NCBI GenBank assembly: GCA_964568425.1
Contig: CAZMPO010000011.1
Coordinates: forward strand, 634-64,633
Direction of reading: 5' to 3'
DNA from: an uncultured Lachnospiraceae bacterium
Lineage (GTDB): Bacteria > Bacillota > Clostridia > Oscillospirales > CAG-272
DNA: 64,000 bases
Shown piece by piece: positions 58,857 to 64,000 of the stretch. The notes below the pieces were generated by a model. It saw nothing but the letters and a program-made list of their open reading frames with translations, was not told the origin of the DNA and did no database searches. The position numbers and the translations under genes are program-made. Numbering within the stretch: the first letter of the stretch is position 1; each line of letters begins with the position of its first letter.

Positions 58857-59750
58857 TCAGAATTTTCTGTTCTTCAAATAGTCGGCAAAATCGCAGAGAA
58901 GATCGCGCTTTTGATAGTGTGAAATGGCATCGACCGCCTTCTCTGTCATAACATCGGCAAGCTGACGTGCCAGATCGACCGGCATAAAGGACAAATAGGT
59001 GGTCTTATGATTTTTTTCATCCGATCCTGCCGACTTGCCGATCTCCTCTGCGGTAGAGCAGGCGTCCATTATATCATCAACGAGCTGAAATACCCTGCCG
59101 ACGCCTTCCGCATAGGTATCAAGATCGGCAATGGTCTGATCATCGACGGCATCGGCAGCAAGCGCGCCGAGTCTGCATGCGCACTTTATAAGCTCGACCG
59201 TCTTGAGATTATGGATCTTGATCATCGTCTCATACTCGATCTTCTCGCCCTCAAGCGAGACATCCATCTCCTGACCCGCGATCATCCCCGAAGGTCCTGC
59301 GGCACGAGATAAGAATTCAACGGCTTTGATCCTGTGCTCCGCCGATATCGACGTATCGGTCGACACGGTCTCGAAAGCAAATGTGAGAAGTGCATCTCCT
59401 GCAAGGACCGCGCGGGCATCGCCGTACACCTTATGGCAGGTCGGTCTTCCGCGTCTTAGATCATCGTTATCCATGCAAGGCAGATCGTCGTGTATGAGCG
59501 AATATGTATGTATCATTTCGAGTGCGGCGGCATAGGTCAGTGCCTCGTCGCGATCTCCAAACAGCATGTCGGACACAGCAAGCACGAGAAATGGTCTGAC
59601 CCGTTTTCCGCCCCCGAGCAGGCTGTACGACATTGCGTCGTAGAGTTTTTTTATATCATTATCGGAGTTAGCAAGCAGTGCCGAGAGTTTATTTTCGACA
59701 AGAGCCGCCATTGTTTGCATTTTTTCTTCAATGATCGACATGACCGCCAT
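58857..59750 (-). CDS. ispA: Farnesyl diphosphate synthase (polyprenyl synthetase)
   Basis: GGKRVRP, SLIHDDLPCMDNDDLRRG, FQLVDD. Confidence 0.93.
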   Translation of the reverse strand: MAVMSIIEEKMQTMAALVENKLSALLANSDNDIKKLYDAMSYSLLGGGKRVRPFLVLAVSDMLFGDRDEALTYAAALEMIHTYSLIHDDLPCMDNDDLRRGRPTCHKVYGDARAVLAGDALLTFAFETVSTDTSISAEHRIKAVEFLSRAAGPSGMIAGQEMDVSLEGEKIEYETMIKIHNLKTVELIKCACRLGALAADAVDDQTIADLDTYAEGVGRVFQLVDDIMDACSTAEEIGKSAGSDEKNHKTTYLSFMPVDLARQLADVMTEKAVDAISHYQKRDLLCDFADYLKNRKF

Positions 59751-59752
59751 CC

Positions 59753-60004
59753 TCACACCTCAGATGTTTCGGTCTTCTTGACAAAATCTTCCTCGTGAAG
59801 ACCGTCTCCGCCGTCAACGAGAATTTTGATGCGACGCTCGGCATTTGAGAGCGTACTGTTGCATATGCCGACAAGTCTGACGCCCTCCTCGTAAAGGGTT
59901 ATGGATCTGTCAAGCGATATCTCGCCGCTCTCGAGTGCGCGGACTATCTGTTCAAGTCGAGCAAGTGCCGCCTCAAAGGATATCTCTTTATCCGTGTTGT
60001 TCAT
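59753..60004 (-). CDS. xseB: Exodeoxyribonuclease VII small subunit
   Basis: SFEAALARLEQIV..LESGEISLD.SI.LYEEG. Confidence 0.95.
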   Translation of the reverse strand: MNNTDKEISFEAALARLEQIVRALESGEISLDRSITLYEEGVRLVGICNSTLSNAERRIKILVDGGDGLHEEDFVKKTETSEV

Positions 60005-60020
60005 TACATCAATATTCTGA

Positions 60021-61247
60021 TCAGCCGTTCCCATATTCGAAAGGCTCCTTTCCGATAACTTTTCCGATTATTCTTCCGTCGGTCGTTCGAACCGCCAAGT
60101 TTTCACCGATCTCAACATCGCCGATCGATCTCACTACCCTGCCATCTTTATCGAGAGCGACCGAGTAGCCGCGTGAAAACACGGCAAGCGGACTCAGCGC
60201 GTCAAGCTTTGCCGCCTTTTCGGCAAGATCCGTCCGATTTTTCGCACAAACGACCTTCATTGCCGCCGAGAGGCTCTGTGTGTCGGCAACAAGTGCCATT
60301 TTCCTTTGATCGAGCATAGACATCGGGTCGCTTATGACCTTCGACTGCCTAAGATGCTCGAAAAGCTGTTTTTTCAGACCGATCTGCTTCGAGAGCAGGG
60401 TCTGCATGTGTGTCGTTATATTGTTGACCTTTCTGATCAGCTCGCCCGTATCGGGGAGAGCAAGCTCGGCTGCAGCCGACGGTGTCGGTGCACGCAGATC
60501 CGCAACGAAATCGGATATGGTAAAATCTATCTCATGTCCGACCGCGGATATCACGGGAATTGCAGATGCGTATATCGCCCTTGCAAGCGTCTCGTCATTG
60601 AATGCCCACAGATCCTCGATCGAGCCGCCGCCTCTGCCGATTATGATGAGATCGACCGACCCGACCCTGTTAAAAAATTCTATTCCCGAAACGAGCTGGG
60701 GCGGCGCATCGCTTCCTTGAACAAGTGCGGGATAGATAACAAGCTTAGCGTAAGGAAAACGCCTGCCCGCTATGTTTATGATATCTCTGACCGCCGCACC
60801 CGTCGGCGAGGTTATTATTCCGACTCTCGTGGGTATCTTCGGGATCGGTTTCTTTTTCGCCGTATCAAAAAGTCCCTCGGCGGCAAGCTTTCTTTTCAGC
60901 TGCTCGAAAGCTATCGTCAATGCTCCGACGCCGTCGGGTTCCATTGAAGTAACATATATCTGATAGCTGCCGTCTCTGACAAATGCGGATATTCTGCCGT
61001 GGGCGGTCACCTTCATCCCGTTTTCGGGTTCAAATGCAAGTTTTGATGCCTCTCTGGCAAACATAACCGCCTTCAGGTTTGATGTCGCGTCCTTCAGCGT
61101 GAAATAGAGATGCCCTGTTTTGTGATGCGTAAAGTTGGATATCTCGCCCTTAACGTACACATTCGATATGGTCTTATCGTTATCAATGATCGCTTTAATA
61201 TACTCGTTAAGCTGTGTGACAGTAAGTGTCAAGCGTTCGGTTGCCAT
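60021..61247 (-). CDS. xseA: Exodeoxyribonuclease VII large subunit
   Basis: GEISN, GHLYFTLKD, RGGGSIEDLWAFN, SAVGHE.D, APTPSAAAE. Confidence 0.97.
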   Translation of the reverse strand: MATERLTLTVTQLNEYIKAIIDNDKTISNVYVKGEISNFTHHKTGHLYFTLKDATSNLKAVMFAREASKLAFEPENGMKVTAHGRISAFVRDGSYQIYVTSMEPDGVGALTIAFEQLKRKLAAEGLFDTAKKKPIPKIPTRVGIITSPTGAAVRDIINIAGRRFPYAKLVIYPALVQGSDAPPQLVSGIEFFNRVGSVDLIIIGRGGGSIEDLWAFNDETLARAIYASAIPVISAVGHEIDFTISDFVADLRAPTPSAAAELALPDTGELIRKVNNITTHMQTLLSKQIGLKKQLFEHLRQSKVISDPMSMLDQRKMALVADTQSLSAAMKVVCAKNRTDLAEKAAKLDALSPLAVFSRGYSVALDKDGRVVRSIGDVEIGENLAVRTTDGRIIGKVIGKEPFEYGNG

Positions 61248-61259
61248 TGGGGTCTCCTT

Positions 61260-62183
61260 TCAAGCATTGTGATCATTGTGATCGTGTGCGCGTGCGGCAA
61301 GGACAGCTATGCCTGCCGCGTTATCGCAGGAATATTCTGCCTCCGAAAAATATACATTGCCGCATTTCGCAAGACCGTTTTGTATAAGCTTATTGCTCAT
61401 CACTCCGCCCGCATATACAACGGGCAGATCGCCAAATGTCTCGCGCGCGTTTTCGGTCAGCCTCTCGATCGTTCGCAAAACACTTTTTATCGTGAACGCG
61501 GCAACGATCGATCTGTCCTCGCCGTCGTCTATAAGCTTTGTCGCCTTGCTTTCAAGTCCGGACAAATTGCACTCAAGACCTCTTACATGCGAGATGCAGT
61601 TTACATCGGCAAGCGGCGCGGCGATTTTCTCAAGCTCTCTGCCGCACGGAAAGGGGATGCCGAGTCTGACGCCTATCCGATCGATCGCCTGACCTGCGTT
61701 AAGATCGATCGTTCCGCCTATTTTGCCAATGGTTCCGTTTTCGACAAGAAGCAGTTCTGTTGTGCCGCCGGATACATGAAATGCGATAAATCTTTCGTTC
61801 CAAAGATCGGTCCTGCCCGCCGAATAGAGTGCCGCCATGACATGCCCCTGTTGGTGCGAAAGCTCGTAAAGCGGTATCCCGCAGACAGACGACAGTGCTT
61901 TTGCCGCCGCGTATCCGGTCAAAAAGCAGGGCATGTACGATCCCTCAACATCGCGTGGACGGGTCGAAACACCGATCGCCGACAGCTCGCGCCTGCCGAT
62001 ACGCTCAAAGAGTATCGGCAGATTTTTGGTATGGCAGAACACCGCGTCCGACTGTCTGATTCCCCTCTCGCCTTCTTTGACCTTGACAGGGAGCTTTTCG
62101 TTTGCGATGATCCTGTCTCCGTCGAAAAGCGAGAGCGAGGTCGTGTAATTGCTCGTATCAATGCCGAGAAACAGTCCGCTCAT
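61260..62183 (-). CDS. TsaD/Kae1-like paralog (function uncertain)
   Basis: LGIDTSNYTTS, SHQQGH, HVSGGTTE, AGQAIDR, GGVMSN, DNAAGIA. Confidence 0.8.
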   Translation of the reverse strand: MSGLFLGIDTSNYTTSLSLFDGDRIIANEKLPVKVKEGERGIRQSDAVFCHTKNLPILFERIGRRELSAIGVSTRPRDVEGSYMPCFLTGYAAAKALSSVCGIPLYELSHQQGHVMAALYSAGRTDLWNERFIAFHVSGGTTELLLVENGTIGKIGGTIDLNAGQAIDRIGVRLGIPFPCGRELEKIAAPLADVNCISHVRGLECNLSGLESKATKLIDDGEDRSIVAAFTIKSVLRTIERLTENARETFGDLPVVYAGGVMSNKLIQNGLAKCGNVYFSEAEYSCDNAAGIAVLAARAHDHNDHNA

Positions 62184-62602
62184 TTTTCGTCTTTTTTATT
62201 TTGGGTCTTAAGACCCTTATCGGTCGCGATCTTGTTCAAAATACCGTTGATAAAGGACGGCGCCTTCTCGTGATCGTATTTTTTTGCAAGCTCGACCGCC
62301 TCGTTGATCGCGACAGCGAAAACCAGATCGGTATGGATCATCTCGTATACTGCCAGACGAAGGATCGCAAGCGTGACCCTTGACAGACGCGACAGCTTCC
62401 ATCCCTTTGCATTACTCTCGATCAAAAGATCGATCTCTTCTATGTGTTCGATCACACCGTGATATCCGTTCAGGATATATGCGGCATCGTAATCTCTTTG
62501 AGTCTTTTCAATTTCGAGAATGTCCTCGGCAGCGGTGATCTCCGAAAAGGACATTTCAAACAGAAGTGCAAAAAGCGCTTCCCTTTCTTCTCGCCTTGTC
62601 AT
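62180..62602 (-). CDS. nusB: Transcription antitermination factor NusB
   Basis: TRREERE, W.L.RL, AINEAVELAKKY, FINGIL. Confidence 0.96.
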   Translation of the reverse strand: MTRREEREALFALLFEMSFSEITAAEDILEIEKTQRDYDAAYILNGYHGVIEHIEEIDLLIESNAKGWKLSRLSRVTLAILRLAVYEMIHTDLVFAVAINEAVELAKKYDHEKAPSFINGILNKIATDKGLKTQNKKDEK

Positions 62603-62633
62603 ATCAGTTCTCCATTTTAAGCTTATTCATCAT

Positions 62634-62662
62634 ATTATACAATAAAAACTCGCAAATGTCAA
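62634..62662 (-). promoter_or_regulatory. SigA promoter of the nusB operon
   Basis: Perfect TTGACA-17-TATAAT with TG. Confidence 0.88.
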
Positions 62663-62700
62663 GATGTTGCAAACTTTATTTTGAATTTGCCGTTAAAATA

Positions 62701-62729
62701 TTGAAATTTTCTTCATTTTGTGCTACAAT
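62701..62729 (+). promoter_or_regulatory. SigA promoter for queH
   Basis: TTGAAA-17-TACAAT with TGn; predicted start site near 62736. Confidence 0.7.
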
Positions 62730-62735
62730 GATCTT

Positions 62736-62783
62736 CAAGGAAAGGAATCTTTCGTCAATGGCGAAAGCGGTGATAACAAAATG
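62736..62783 (+). promoter_or_regulatory. 45-nt hairpin-containing leader element, copy 3 (queH)
   Basis: CAAGGAAAGGAAT-CTTTCGTC-AAT-GGCGAAAG-CGGTGATAACAAA-ATG. Confidence 0.75.
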
Positions 62784-63374
62784 AAGATCAACTACCAAAC
62801 AAAGCTTGACGAGCTGACAGACTCGCTGACATATAAGCCCTCCCTGTTACTTCACAGCTGTTGCGGTCCTTGCAGCAGCTATGTGACCGAGTATCTTGCG
62901 AAATATTTCGATATCTATCTCTTTTTCTTCAATCCGAACATCTACCCCGAGAGCGAATACATAAAACGCCTCGATGCGCAGTCCGAGTGGCTCGACAGAA
63001 CAAATTATGCAAGGCTGATCGAGGGCGACTATGATCACATGAGTTTTCTCAATGCGGTAAAGGGGCTTGAAAATGAGCCCGAGGGCGGAGGTCGATGTAC
63101 AAAATGCTTCATACTGCGGCTCGAGGAGACGGCAAGGCTTGCATCTCTTGGCGGATATGATTATTTCGGGACAACGCTCACGGTCAGCCCACACAAGAAT
63201 GCCGAGCTGATAAACAACCTCGGGGAGGGGCTTGCCGACAAATATAATGTCAAATGGCTTCCCTCCGATTTCAAAAAACGCGAGGGCTACAAACGCTCGA
63301 TCGAGCTGTCGCGCGAATACGAGCTCTATCGCCAAAACTACTGCGGATGCGAGTTTTCACTCGGAAAAGATTAA
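62781..63374 (+). CDS. queH: Epoxyqueuosine reductase QueH
   Basis: LLLHSCCGPC, FFNPNIYP, RCTKC, TTLTVSPHK, YRQNYCGC. Confidence 0.93.
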   Translation: MKINYQTKLDELTDSLTYKPSLLLHSCCGPCSSYVTEYLAKYFDIYLFFFNPNIYPESEYIKRLDAQSEWLDRTNYARLIEGDYDHMSFLNAVKGLENEPEGGGRCTKCFILRLEETARLASLGGYDYFGTTLTVSPHKNAELINNLGEGLADKYNVKWLPSDFKKREGYKRSIELSREYELYRQNYCGCEFSLGKD

Positions 63375-63431
63375 CTTGGCGTATTTTTTTCGATATTTTG
63401 CAGTTTTTGCAAATTATTTTCGAAATTTCTA

Positions 63432-63459
63432 TTGACAAAGTCTGAAATTGTGGTATAAT
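63432..63459 (+). promoter_or_regulatory. SigA promoter of the last gene
   Basis: TTGACA-16-TATAAT with TGn. Confidence 0.75.
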
Positions 63460-63508
63460 TCTGTTAGTTAGTTCCGCAAATACTATTTTAATGAAAGGAA
63501 ACATTGTT

Positions 63509-64000
63509 ATGATCAAAAGACTAACAAACAGATCCACCCGCCTAATTGCACTTGCGTGCGCGGCGGCAATGACGATGTCGATCCCGATAATGGGCATCGG
63601 CGCGGTGGCAGAGGAGAACGATCGAACGATCACGATCGAGGGAGAGAGACTACAATCCCTCATAAACGGCGGCGAAAACGAGAATAAAAACCTCATCTCC
63701 CCCGCCATCGATCGAGTAAACTTCATCAGTCCCAGAATCGAGGAGAATAAAGAGGTAGAAGAACCCACGATCGAGCCGGTTGAGGAGCCGATACAAGAGC
63801 CGGTGGATAAACCGACGGAAGTGCCGGTCGATGAGCCCGTCGATGAGCCGATTGAGGAGATCACCATCACTCCTCCACTCTATAACGCAACCGCATCAAG
63901 CGGTACATGCGGTGCGAACCTCACATGGACGCTCGACGAAGAAGGTCTGCTGACGATTTCGGGTACAGGGGAGATGGACGATAGTGCTTTTTACTATTAC
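63509..64000 (+). CDS. Secreted/surface protein, BspA-like LRR family likely (3' partial; not in the ORF track)
   Basis: SD AAAGGA; signal peptide MIKRLTNRSTRLIALACAAAM...; EP-rich linker; SGTCGANLTWTLDEEGLLTISGTG, typical of the N-terminus of clostridial LRR_5 proteins. Confidence 0.7.
   Translation, partial: MIKRLTNRSTRLIALACAAAMTMSIPIMGIGAVAEENDRTITIEGERLQSLINGGENENKNLISPAIDRVNFISPRIEENKEVEEPTIEPVEEPIQEPVDKPTEVPVDEPVDEPIEEITITPPLYNATASSGTCGANLTWTLDEEGLLTISGTGEMDDSAFYYY
63761..63856 (+). repeat. Eight degenerate 12-bp units encoding an xPxx linker
   Basis: EPTI EPVE EPIQ EPVD KPTE VPVD EPVD EPIE. Confidence 0.85.

Noticed and set aside
1-64000. CRISPR arrays, IS elements, prophage, rRNA
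   Set aside because: No regularly spaced repeat-spacer arrays, transposase, integrase, phage structural genes or rRNA-like sequence were seen.

Overview
This 64-kb window is mostly core housekeeping chromosome from a Clostridia-type Bacillota bacterium, roughly 50% GC by eye, with near-consensus TTGACA-17-TATAAT promoters and AAGGAAAGGA/AGGAGG ribosome-binding sites. It contains: pfkA (partial), a comM/yifB-like ATPase, rsmF-like, mnmM and mnmE genes, glyA, infC-rpmI-rplT with an L20 leader and an ATA start, dprA-topA-trmFO-plsX-rnc-radical SAM-smc-ftsY-rdgB-yhbY-nadD-yqeK-rsfS-leuS, rpsU, an ECF sigma/LRR anti-sigma pair, an ABC transporter, tRNA-Leu(TAG), PBP1A, dnaE, whiA, rapZ, murB, tyrS, recN-argR-tlyA-ispA-xseBA, nusB, queH and the start of a BspA-like surface protein. 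The one clearly foreign piece is a ~2.9-kb AT-rich restriction-modification cassette (HaeIII-like MTase, HaeIII-like REase, second C5-MTase) between mnmE and mnmM. The most unusual observation is a 45-nt 5' leader shared by three unrelated genes (RM MTase, topA, queH). In it an 8-bp hairpin, varying only by G-U-compatible changes, sits between AAAGGA and a (GG)TGAT(C)-like segment, like a split Shine-Dalgarno, with a constant 34 nt to the start codon. A fourth, degenerate copy lies at the other end of the RM cassette, so the cassette is bracketed by direct copies of this element. GGCC, the predicted target, is very rare across the window. All assignments come from motif recognition by eye; no database searches were run.
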